Below are positions 56,856 through 64,000 of a stretch of 64,000 nucleotides of DNA, piece after piece. Position 1 is the stretch's first letter. Each line of letters opens with the position of its first letter. The position numbers and the translations under genes were made by a program. The stretch is taken from the NCBI GenBank assembly GCA_965212015.1, contig OZ243037.1, positions 192,001 through 256,000 on the forward strand, given 5' to 3'. Under the pieces are notes generated by a model, which was given only the letters and a program-made list of their open reading frames with translations, did no database searches and was not told the origin of the DNA. This DNA is from Cenarchaeum sp. (GTDB lineage Archaea > Thermoproteota > Nitrososphaeria > Nitrososphaerales > Nitrosopumilaceae).

Positions 56856-57248
56856 GTGGCCGTGGACAGATACAGGATGCTAGTGTGTGCCGGAATTGTG
56901 GCGGTGGCCGTCATGGCGGTGTTTTTCGGCAAGGACGTGCTGCGCGGACACATTGCATTGCAAGAGTACGAGATCTATGTCGATCCGCTCATCGACAAGC
57001 AAAACCTGTTTGTCACGGGCCGCGTCACCATACAGAACACCGGCGGCCAGCCGCTAACCAACGTGGTTGTGTACTTTGGCGGCGGCGACACGCTGGAGCT
57101 TGGCACGCTTGATGCGGGGCAAATGGTGATAGTCTCGCCCCCGCCTGAGGACGCGATGCGCCACGTCATGGTTTCCGCCGATCCGGACATCTTTGTGAGC
57201 AAGGCATACCGGGAGCCGCCAAAAATGGTGGGCATGATGGGCTCGTAG
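56856..57248 (+). CDS. Hypothetical membrane-anchored Ig-like protein
   Basis: N-terminal TM helix and [14 protein letters not shown]. Start is uncertain. Confidence 0.7.
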   Translation: MAVDRYRMLVCAGIVAVAVMAVFFGKDVLRGHIALQEYEIYVDPLIDKQNLFVTGRVTIQNTGGQPLTNVVVYFGGGDTLELGTLDAGQMVIVSPPPEDAMRHVMVSADPDIFVSKAYREPPKMVGMMGS

Positions 57249-57292
57249 GTTCTTACGAGCAGTTAAATGACATTGCCTGCAAAACACCCTGT

Positions 57293-58117
57293 TTGAGGTT
57301 TCTGGCGTCGGGAAAGGTAAAGGACATTTACGAGCTAGACGATTCTAGCCTCCTGTTCCGGTTCAGTGACAGGGTGTCTGCGTATGACGTAAAATTCAAA
57401 GAAGAGATACCCAAAAAGGGCCGCGTCCTGTGCGCATTTGCGCAGTACTGGTTTGAGAACATACCCGTGGACAATCACTTTGTCAAAAAAAAATCCGACA
57501 CTGAGATTGTGGTGAAAAAAATGGACATGGTGCCCATGGAATGCGTCGTCCGGGGCTACCTCTACGGGAGCCTGGCAGACCGGTGCTCCAGGGGGCTGGC
57601 AGATCTTCCCGACGGCGCAAGCGGGCAGCTTGCATCGCGCCTTCCGCGGCCGGTATTTGATCCCACCACAAAGTCCGAGCACGACGTCCCAGTCGACAGG
57701 CAAAAGGCGCTGGGAATGAACCTTGTAACTGCGCGCGAGTTTGACTGGCTTGAATCCAAGTCCATTGAGATCTATGAGGCCATGACTCGAATCGCAGACG
57801 GTGCGGGATTTGTTCTTGCGGATTTGAAGCTGGAATTTGGCAGGCTTGGGGGCAGGCTGGTGCTGGGCGACTCGATCGGGCCCGACGAGCACAGGCTGTG
57901 GCTCAAGGACGACTATCGTGCGGGGCAGATACAGCAGGCATACGACAAGCAGATTCTGCGCGACTGGCTTGCCGCACAGGGATATCAAAAACAGTTCGAC
58001 GAGGTGCGCGGTGAGGGCAGGCAGCCAGTTGCTCCGCCCATTCCGGATGCAATCATACAAAAAATGACACAGCGGTACACTGTTGCCTGCCAGAGAATCA
58101 CCAGTCGGGCACTCTGA
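57293..58117 (+). CDS. purC: SAICAR synthetase
   Basis: Motifs [29 protein letters not shown] and YDKQILRDW. Confidence 0.96.
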   Translation: MRFLASGKVKDIYELDDSSLLFRFSDRVSAYDVKFKEEIPKKGRVLCAFAQYWFENIPVDNHFVKKKSDTEIVVKKMDMVPMECVVRGYLYGSLADRCSRGLADLPDGASGQLASRLPRPVFDPTTKSEHDVPVDRQKALGMNLVTAREFDWLESKSIEIYEAMTRIADGAGFVLADLKLEFGRLGGRLVLGDSIGPDEHRLWLKDDYRAGQIQQAYDKQILRDWLAAQGYQKQFDEVRGEGRQPVAPPIPDAIIQKMTQRYTVACQRITSRAL

Positions 58118-58210
58118 CTCGAATTAGTTTTTGCCTGACGCACGGCATGGCGGGTGTTTTGCGGCACATTTGGCACATTTTGGGGCATTGCCGCAAAATC
58201 CGGCATTTCT

Positions 58211-58455
58211 GACTGTTATCAAATATGTTGGTCAGTTATCATGCAAATAATAGCATAATTATACGTATTATAGTACAATTATACATATTGTAGCACAATT
58301 ATGCACATTGTAGTACAATTATACATATTGTAGCATAACCATGCATATTGTACCACAACTATACATATTGTAGTGCAACTATGTATATGATAGCATATTT
58401 ATGAAAATAGTAGTGTTAGCAGATATGTTGGTCCGGCTACGATATGTTTGGTAGC
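58211..58455. repeat. AT-rich 20-bp-period degenerate tandem array
   Basis: Consensus TAGTACAATTATACATATTG at 58251, 58271, 58291, 58311, 58331, 58351, 58371 and 58391. ATATGTTGGTC recurs at 58223 and 58423. Confidence 0.9.
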
Positions 58456-58529
58456 AAAAAAAATTAATGCGATTGGACAAAAAAACCTGATGCTGGTAAT
58501 TTTTAGCTTGGCTGCAGATATCACAACAC

Positions 58530-59042
58530 ATGTCTGCGCTGCTAGAAAAGCAAATCCGGGTGAACCGAATAATGACTACGAGCATAAATCAGGCAAAGGC
58601 CATAGAGGACAAATCCCGCGCAAGGATAATCGAGGTGCTGTACCACAAATCGATGAATGCCGAGCAGATTGCCAAGCAGCTAAAAAAATCCGGCCAGAAC
58701 AAGGCCCTGACTACCATAAGGCACCACCTTGAAATTCTCAAGGAATCGGGCCTAATAGAGATAGTAAAGATCGAGGAAACGAGAGGGGCGATAACCAAAT
58801 ACTATGGAACGTCGACCAAACTGCTAGGGTATAATGCCCCAGAGGATTTCGACAAGAGATACTCCTCTGTCATAAAAAACACCTCCAAAAAACTCGAAGA
58901 CATACTGGAAAAAATTGCCCCAAAGGCAGCAATGTCTAAAAAAAAGCCAGATCCGTTATACTCCCAGTATGTAGTAACGGAGATAGTCAACAGGGCCATG
59001 GCGCAAGCCATGGAATGCACGCAAAAACCCGGAAAAAAATGA
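58530..59042 (+). CDS. Winged-helix (ArsR-like) DNA-binding protein
   Basis: RARIIEVL...MNAEQIA...TTIRHHLEILKESGLIEIV...KYY. Confidence 0.88.
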   Translation: MSALLEKQIRVNRIMTTSINQAKAIEDKSRARIIEVLYHKSMNAEQIAKQLKKSGQNKALTTIRHHLEILKESGLIEIVKIEETRGAITKYYGTSTKLLGYNAPEDFDKRYSSVIKNTSKKLEDILEKIAPKAAMSKKKPDPLYSQYVVTEIVNRAMAQAMECTQKPGKK

Positions 59043-59115
59043 GGGATCCGGAGGCTGCGCCGTTTTCCCGTAAATGCCGGCCAAAAGACAAAATGACTGC
59101 CACGGTGCCAAGAAA

Positions 59116-59532
59116 ATGAGCGGCGTACCTGATCCCGGGGTAATCCGCCTATTCCGGGAAAAAAATCTGGTCTTTATCGCCACCGTAATGGGTGACGGTT
59201 CACCGCAGCTGTCGCCGGTCTGGGGTGATTTTGCAGACGGCCACATACTGATAAACACCGCACAGGGAAGGGTAAAGCACAAAAACATCCTGCGGGATCC
59301 CAGGGTGGCAGTCTCTGTGGTCGGCAGCGCCGATTCACTGGACATGACTGCCATACGAGGCAGGGTAGTTGAGATAATCCCGGATTATGACTATGTACAC
59401 GCCGACAAGCTTGCGAAAAAATACATGGGCCTAGAAAGATATCCGTACAGGCGCCCCGGTGAAAAAAGAATCATACTAAAAATAGCGCCCGAAAAGATTT
59501 TTGTCATGCCAGAGATGCGCACCGATCCGTAA
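59116..59532 (+). CDS. PPOX-class probable F420-dependent oxidoreductase
   Basis: ATV..DGSPQLSPVW, K.KNI.RDPRV and LAKKYMG. Confidence 0.88.
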   Translation: MSGVPDPGVIRLFREKNLVFIATVMGDGSPQLSPVWGDFADGHILINTAQGRVKHKNILRDPRVAVSVVGSADSLDMTAIRGRVVEIIPDYDYVHADKLAKKYMGLERYPYRRPGEKRIILKIAPEKIFVMPEMRTDP

Positions 59533-59539
59533 AAGTGAT

Positions 59540-59567
59540 ATATTTCTAAATTCGAATTTAGAAACAT
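59540..59567. repeat. 28-bp palindromic element, copy 1
   Basis: ATATTTCTAAA-TTCGAA-TTTAGAAACAT; the central 22 bp are a perfect palindrome. Confidence 0.85.
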
Positions 59568-59640
59568 TCCAAACCGTCAGTGCGGAATCATTGCGCAAAA
59601 GACAGACAGGGATTCTTAAAAAAAATAGTTGACGGTGCTA

Positions 59641-60012
59641 CTAGCGACGTTTCCTACGTTTTGGCCCGCTCTTCTTTGCGGTGGTTCGTCTCTTTCGACG
59701 CTTTGTGACCTTTTTTGTAGTCGTTCGTCGCTTTCGGCGTTTTGTAACCTTCTTTGCAGAGGTTCGCCTCTTTCGGCGTTTTGTGACCTTTTTTGTAGTC
59801 GCTCGTCTTTTTGTTGTTTTGCGCTTCGCCCCGCTTTTCTTTGCGGCAGTTCGCCTTGTTCGGCGCTTTGCGCCTTTCTTTGCGATGCTGCTCTTTCTTT
59901 TTGTTGCAGCTCGCCTCTTTTTGGTGGCTTCTGCCTTTACTTTTGCGTTGCGCTTTCTTGTGCGTGCACCTCTTTTGGCTGCTGCACTGCGCTTAGCTTT
60001 TGATATTGCCAT
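59641..60012 (-). CDS. Histone H1/Hc2-like Lys/Arg-rich protein
   Basis: 123 aa dominated by K/R/A/T, with three KKVTKRRKRRT repeats. Confidence 0.8.
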   Translation of the reverse strand: MAISKAKRSAAAKRGARTRKRNAKVKAEATKKRRAATKRKSSIAKKGAKRRTRRTAAKKSGAKRKTTKRRATTKKVTKRRKRRTSAKKVTKRRKRRTTTKKVTKRRKRRTTAKKSGPKRRKRR

Positions 60013-60143
60013 TACTTGACACGATAAACATTGTCTCTTATGTGGTACAAGTCACGATTTTTTGCTTTAATGATGTATTTTTTTGATCAAATTGCAACAT
60101 GCGATCACATTATTACATGCGATCACAACGATCTGTATCCGGC

Positions 60144-60638
60144 TTATGGGCTGGGGCAGTTCAGCAGGCAGACTATGCCAATGTCCTGTGATGACTGGAT
60201 TTTTGTAGGTATGATTCCAATCTTGTACTGTCCGTCCTCGTCAAATGGAATGTCAAACTGCGTGGTCCACGTGGATTCCTTGCCTGGCTGCAGGTAGTAA
60301 TCAAGCAAATCCTCGTCTGAAAACTCGCCAAAAACGGGCTGTGTTTTTCTGTCATTTTCGTCTATTATATGGAACTGCCCGCCTGACATTCTTGTCTCCT
60401 CCTCGCCCAGATTGGTGGCCCTGATCCGTATCTTTACAAAGACATTATCTGGCGTATTTTCCTCGTTTCCGCCGTGTGTTCCCTCGTATTCTATGACATA
60501 CCTGACCGGACCCACCTGTACTGCCTCCCCTGCATCCACATAGATCAAGTCCACCTGGAATTCGTCGTAATAGTATATTGCGACTGCGACTGAGATTGCC
60601 ACTCCGACCACCACCGCTATCATTCCTATTTTTACCAT
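60144..60638 (-). CDS. DUF4352-like membrane-anchored protein
   Basis: N-terminal TM helix, then FVKIRIRATNLG...F.IID...LQPG...FDIP. Confidence 0.78.
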   Translation of the reverse strand: MVKIGMIAVVVGVAISVAVAIYYYDEFQVDLIYVDAGEAVQVGPVRYVIEYEGTHGGNEENTPDNVFVKIRIRATNLGEEETRMSGGQFHIIDENDRKTQPVFGEFSDEDLLDYYLQPGKESTWTTQFDIPFDEDGQYKIGIIPTKIQSSQDIGIVCLLNCPSP

Positions 60639-60892
60639 TTCCTGACCATGAAATCCGGCCGTATATAGATGATATTTGCGGCAAACGGAGGGGTTTAGCT
60701 TTTGTTCCTGAGTATAATTGATCACAAGAGTTGATCTGGGCCATGTGGGTGTTTTGGGGCTTGGATGCCGCATACACGCACGAGTGTTAAACCCCCCCTC
60801 AGATCGGGTGTTTTTGAAAAAACCGCGCCGTGCCTAGGACGGGTGGATGTGCCGGGGGGTTTAGCTTTTGGGCGCAAATGCCGGTTTTTGGC

Positions 60893-61351
60893 TCAGAACG
60901 TCTTCATCAGATAGTGGGCCGTCTTGTCGCTCATCTCTGCCACTCTTTTGATTGCATCGCCAAAATCGCCCTGGTTTAGCTGCTCTTTTTTGTCCAGGAC
61001 TGCGTAAACGCCGACTAATTTTTTGCCGTCCTCGTCTGAAAACTTGCATATGGCCTGAATCGACTGGCAATAGTCTGCAACCTTTTCCTCAAAGTTCTCC
61101 TTTTCGCTGTCTGTGAGCTTGAGATATCTTGCATTCTGGTTGTTTTTTAGGGGGCATTTTGCACCCAAAACCAGCACGCCGGGCTGGGTTTTTGGCTCAA
61201 ATATCTCCAGTCTGTTGCCAAAGCTTCCGATGTGCCTTATCAAAACCCGAAACGAATCCTCGTCTGTCTTTGCATTCTTGAAGGAGTAATTCTCGTGCAC
61301 CAGCCACCGCTCCACGCTGTCCATAAGATGCCTGTCGCCCAACACGTGCAT
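60893..61351 (-). CDS. Hypothetical protein (DUF2299-like)
   Basis: VERWLVHE N-terminus resembles archaeal DUF2299 proteins (from memory, not searched). Confidence 0.6.
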   Translation of the reverse strand: MHVLGDRHLMDSVERWLVHENYSFKNAKTDEDSFRVLIRHIGSFGNRLEIFEPKTQPGVLVLGAKCPLKNNQNARYLKLTDSEKENFEEKVADYCQSIQAICKFSDEDGKKLVGVYAVLDKKEQLNQGDFGDAIKRVAEMSDKTAHYLMKTF

Positions 61352-61404
61352 GCCGTCTTTTGCCTAATATTATGATGCTGGTTGTTTTACTGCGTGCGTT
61401 ATTC

Positions 61405-61432
61405 ATGTTTCAGAACTCGAGTTTAGAAATAT
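61405..61432. repeat. 28-bp palindromic element, copy 2 (inverted orientation)
   Basis: ATGTTTCAGAA-CTCGAG-TTTAGAAATAT. Confidence 0.8.
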
Positions 61433-61452
61433 CGCAAACTGCGGGCGCGCAG

Positions 61453-61683
61453 TTAAATGTCGAGGCCTATGCCGCGCTCGACTTCGACTTGCGGCCAGAC
61501 CAGCAGGTTAAACACGATTCCTATCACGGCGAGCACTATTCCAAGATACATGCAGTTTTTCGCCTTTCTCGGATCGTCGCGACGCAGCACAAAGTATGCT
61601 ATTATGCCGCCCACAAGGCCGAGAAAAATAGGGAGCAAAAACCACCAGTTGCTTTTTTGCTTTTCTGGATACATTACACGCAA
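61453..61683 (-). CDS. Small two-TM membrane protein
   Basis: WWFLLPIFLGLVGGIIAYF..DDP.KAKNC.YLG. Confidence 0.75.
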   Translation of the reverse strand: MRVMYPEKQKSNWWFLLPIFLGLVGGIIAYFVLRRDDPRKAKNCMYLGIVLAVIGIVFNLLVWPQVEVERGIGLDI

Positions 61684-61701
61684 AAACTCCGGCCGATGTA
61701 A

Positions 61702-61950
61702 TTATGTCTTTGCTGCAAGTTTTTTTTGCTCCTGTGTTATCTCTATTTCCACGGACTCTAGTGGGTCTGCCACCTGGTTGCGCCTTATGGCGAACATCTT
61801 TGGACGATCAAAGTCTGCCGTGCAGTCGGGGCATGCATAGACTAGTATCCTGTGCTCGTTTGGGGCCTTTGGATTTGAGAGCCTCGGATAGTATACCAGC
61901 CTTGCGCCGCAATCAACGCAATACCTGTTGGCTCGCCGTGTTCTGGCCAA
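61702..61950 (-). CDS. Small Zn-ribbon protein
   Basis: CVDC...CPDC. Confidence 0.75.
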   Translation of the reverse strand: MARTRRANRYCVDCGARLVYYPRLSNPKAPNEHRILVYACPDCTADFDRPKMFAIRRNQVADPLESVEIEITQEQKKLAAKT

Positions 61951-62038
61951 TGCAAACCTCCTGCATTGTATGGTATATGCGATCAGTTATTTGATCTATC
62001 TAGTCTAATTAGATGCACCAAATGGTATTCTGCGATCA

Positions 62039-62066
62039 ATATTTCTAAACTCGAATTTGGAAACAT
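62039..62066. repeat. 28-bp palindromic element, copy 3
   Basis: ATATTTCTAAA-CTCGAA-TTTGGAAACAT. Confidence 0.82.
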
Positions 62067-62151
62067 TTCTGCATGGCCTGCCTGAGAGTATCTGGCGTGC
62101 CTGACTGCAAGCCGAGAAATACTCAAATAAAAAAAACCGCGCACCGTACCC

Positions 62152-63165
62152 ATGACAAAGTCGTACGGCAGGATGGATTCGACATGGAATGAGGCCAAGA
62201 TCCGCGCTATGCTTGAGGACGCATCAAACATGGCAAGAGAGCACGATGCGTCATTTTGCGTCGGCCAGAGCGGGGATGGTGACATTGTCATATCACCCGA
62301 CAAAAAAGGCCATCCGCTCTACATATTTGCATGCGGGGTGACGCCTCAAAAAACTCGCAATTATCGGAAGGACGCCTCTAGTCTGAAAGAGATTGAAAGG
62401 AAACTAGAGGAAGAGTTTTGGGATGACGCGGCGTATCATCATTATGCCATAGATGCGATGGTTCCAAGGGTGTACGAGTGTCTGGTGTATGGAATAAAAT
62501 CATACGGCGCCTTGAGGTTTCTCTCGGAGGGACGGATGCAGCTTGCACACGTGCTGGGGGATGCCAAAAAAATGACAAATAAACACGGTGTGCCGTTCAT
62601 TGTGGGCTGGAGCAAGGAAAACGGGATAATGATGGCCCCGGTATCCAGACAATCCCGGTTTGTGGAATCTCTGGCATGTATAATCAGCAAGTCAGGATAC
62701 TGGAATATCTCTGACATGCATTCATCGAGGATATTCCGCCCGGATTACTATGTTGTGGGAAAACATGAAATTGATACTCTGGATCGTCTTGACAATACGG
62801 GCGCACTGTTCATGCTGTATGAGGGCATGGCGTATGGAAACAAAAGGTACGGGGCATTTCGCGTCAATATGGGCCGGGATATGGCAATTGCACAGCTGGA
62901 AAACGCATTCGAGGATGCGGCAAAACTCTCCACGTTCCGTAAAGTGCAATTTTACGTTGGACTGAATAACCAATCCGGCATATCTGTGCAGAAGAAAAAA
63001 GAAGCGCTGTCGGGCATAATACTGTACGTATCGTTTACTGTGAATCCAAACGAGCTGTATGACGGGACCATACTGTCGTATGACGGGATAAAATCCGCTG
63101 CGCGCGATGCGTATGATGAATGTTATGATGAATTCATGAGGATGCAAAAAGCCAGTCAGAAATAA
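62152..63165 (+). CDS. Hypothetical protein with three internal repeat domains
   Basis: 337-aa ORF with a repeated DA....F.VG....G.I pattern. Confidence 0.75.
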   Translation: MTKSYGRMDSTWNEAKIRAMLEDASNMAREHDASFCVGQSGDGDIVISPDKKGHPLYIFACGVTPQKTRNYRKDASSLKEIERKLEEEFWDDAAYHHYAIDAMVPRVYECLVYGIKSYGALRFLSEGRMQLAHVLGDAKKMTNKHGVPFIVGWSKENGIMMAPVSRQSRFVESLACIISKSGYWNISDMHSSRIFRPDYYVVGKHEIDTLDRLDNTGALFMLYEGMAYGNKRYGAFRVNMGRDMAIAQLENAFEDAAKLSTFRKVQFYVGLNNQSGISVQKKKEALSGIILYVSFTVNPNELYDGTILSYDGIKSAARDAYDECYDEFMRMQKASQK

Positions 63166-63322
63166 AGCATCCTGCCGTAGACACTAGCCATTGCCGACAC
63201 GCCCGCATCCGTCTGATATTGCCTGCTAGAAAACACGCATGTCCGGTATTTTTGATCCCGTCGTGCCGGACATGGCTAAAAAACCCAATCCTTGGTACTG
63301 ATTCATCATTACGACCCTGGGT

Positions 63323-63427
63323 CTAATCGTCCACGTCACAGTCTTTTCTGCAACAGTCACATTGTTCTAGCCTGCATTGCCATTCGATATAGCAATCACA
63401 TTCGTCACAGTCACACCATACCAGCAT
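63323..63427 (-). CDS. Cys/Asp-rich 34-aa mini-protein (metallothionein-like)
   Basis: MLVWCDCDECDCYIEWQCRLEQCDCCRKDCDVDD has 9 Cys. A TTTAATAA box lies 22 nt upstream of the ATG. Confidence 0.5.
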   Translation of the reverse strand: MLVWCDCDECDCYIEWQCRLEQCDCCRKDCDVDD

Positions 63428-63726
63428 AAAACAATAAAACCTGACAGCCTTATTAAACTTCAATCCCTGCCGTGGTGCGGGACTCGTACTACACCCATAT
63501 GCAAAACTCACGCCTAGTCGCAGCGGGGCACGACTTTGCACACGGCCGTGGCAGGATGTCGGGGGTGTAAATTTCCGCATTGTATGACTGGCATTGTCGG
63601 GCCAAAAAAGCCAAGCGGCAGAACCGGCCACGCATGAAGGCCCGCCAATACGGGCTTTCACAAAGGCAAAATCGCGCATTTGCACGGTTTTTGAATCCTG
63701 CATGCGCGTCGATATTGAAAAATAGG

Positions 63727-63800
63727 CGCCGCCCGTCAGATTTGAACTGACGGCCAACGGATTAACAGTCCGACGCTCTACCACGCTGAGCTAGGGCGGC
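63727..63800 (-). tRNA. tRNA-Asn(GTT)
   Basis: Acceptor stem GCCGCCC/GGGCGGC, D arm GCTC/GAGC, anticodon loop CTGTTAA, T arm GTCAG-TTCAAAT-CTGAC. Confidence 0.95.
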
Positions 63801-63843
63801 AACAGGATCGTTTGGCGCTAGAAGCGATTTAATCCTTGCGTAG

Positions 63844-63999
63844 CTAGTTGAACTGCCCGAAATAGTCCCTTATCTGGCCGGCGTACTGCTCTACAATGTC
63901 GACTATCTCGGCGTGCTCCTTTTGTGCCGGCTCCCTCTTGTGAAACACCTGAAACGCACTCAGCGCAGAGCCGACCATCTCGCCTACGAAAAACCCGCA
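63844..63999 (-). CDS. C-terminal part of a hypothetical protein entering from the right edge
   Basis: The frame CGFFVGEMVGSALSAFQVFHKREP...IRDYFGQFN-stop is more protein-like than the listed 63818-64000 ORF. Confidence 0.65.
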   Translation of the reverse strand, partial: CGFFVGEMVGSALSAFQVFHKREPAQKEHAEIVDIVEQYAGQIRDYFGQFN

Positions 64000-64000
64000 C

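Noticed and set aside
58251-58410. CRISPR array or coding repeat
   Set aside because: The 20-bp units are contiguous with no spacers. The period is not a multiple of 3 and the region contains stop codons.
63323-63784. 153-aa ORF listed in the track
   Set aside because: It starts inside tRNA-Asn. Only the last 34 codons look like a real gene.

Overview
This is a chromosomal window from an ammonia-oxidising archaeon. The gene content (copper NirK, divergent FtsZ, split MetH, PEFG-type proteins, archaeal ribosomal proteins) points to Thaumarchaeota/Nitrosopumilaceae. The core genes look GC-rich by eye and the accessory genes are surface proteins, which suggests a Cenarchaeum-like, possibly host-associated lineage (inference). 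About 1-29 kb and 43.6-58 kb are housekeeping genes: herA/nurA, NAD synthesis, rpoE/spt4, H+-PPase, methionine synthase, rpl39e/31e/15e/40e, fumC, nirK, serA, sucCD, ileS, folD, hemAB, purC. About 29-43.6 kb is an accessory island that ends at the 3' end of tRNA-Val(CAC). It holds two paralogous adhesin-like genes with a constant stalk and a variable tip. Between them lies an AT-rich palindromic 91-bp tandem array directly upstream of an extremely basic, AT-hook-like repeat protein. An IS630 element inserted inside an identical copy of itself follows. The 58.2-62.1 kb region carries a second array (20-bp period, palindromic units) before a winged-helix gene, a histone-H1-like gene, and three dispersed 28-bp (11-6-11) palindromes. 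Features the ORF track misses are a C/D-box sRNA candidate, a BHB intron at tRNA position 44/45, an ACG start for rpl31e and a Cys-rich mini-ORF. All calls come from reading the sequence; no database searches were run.
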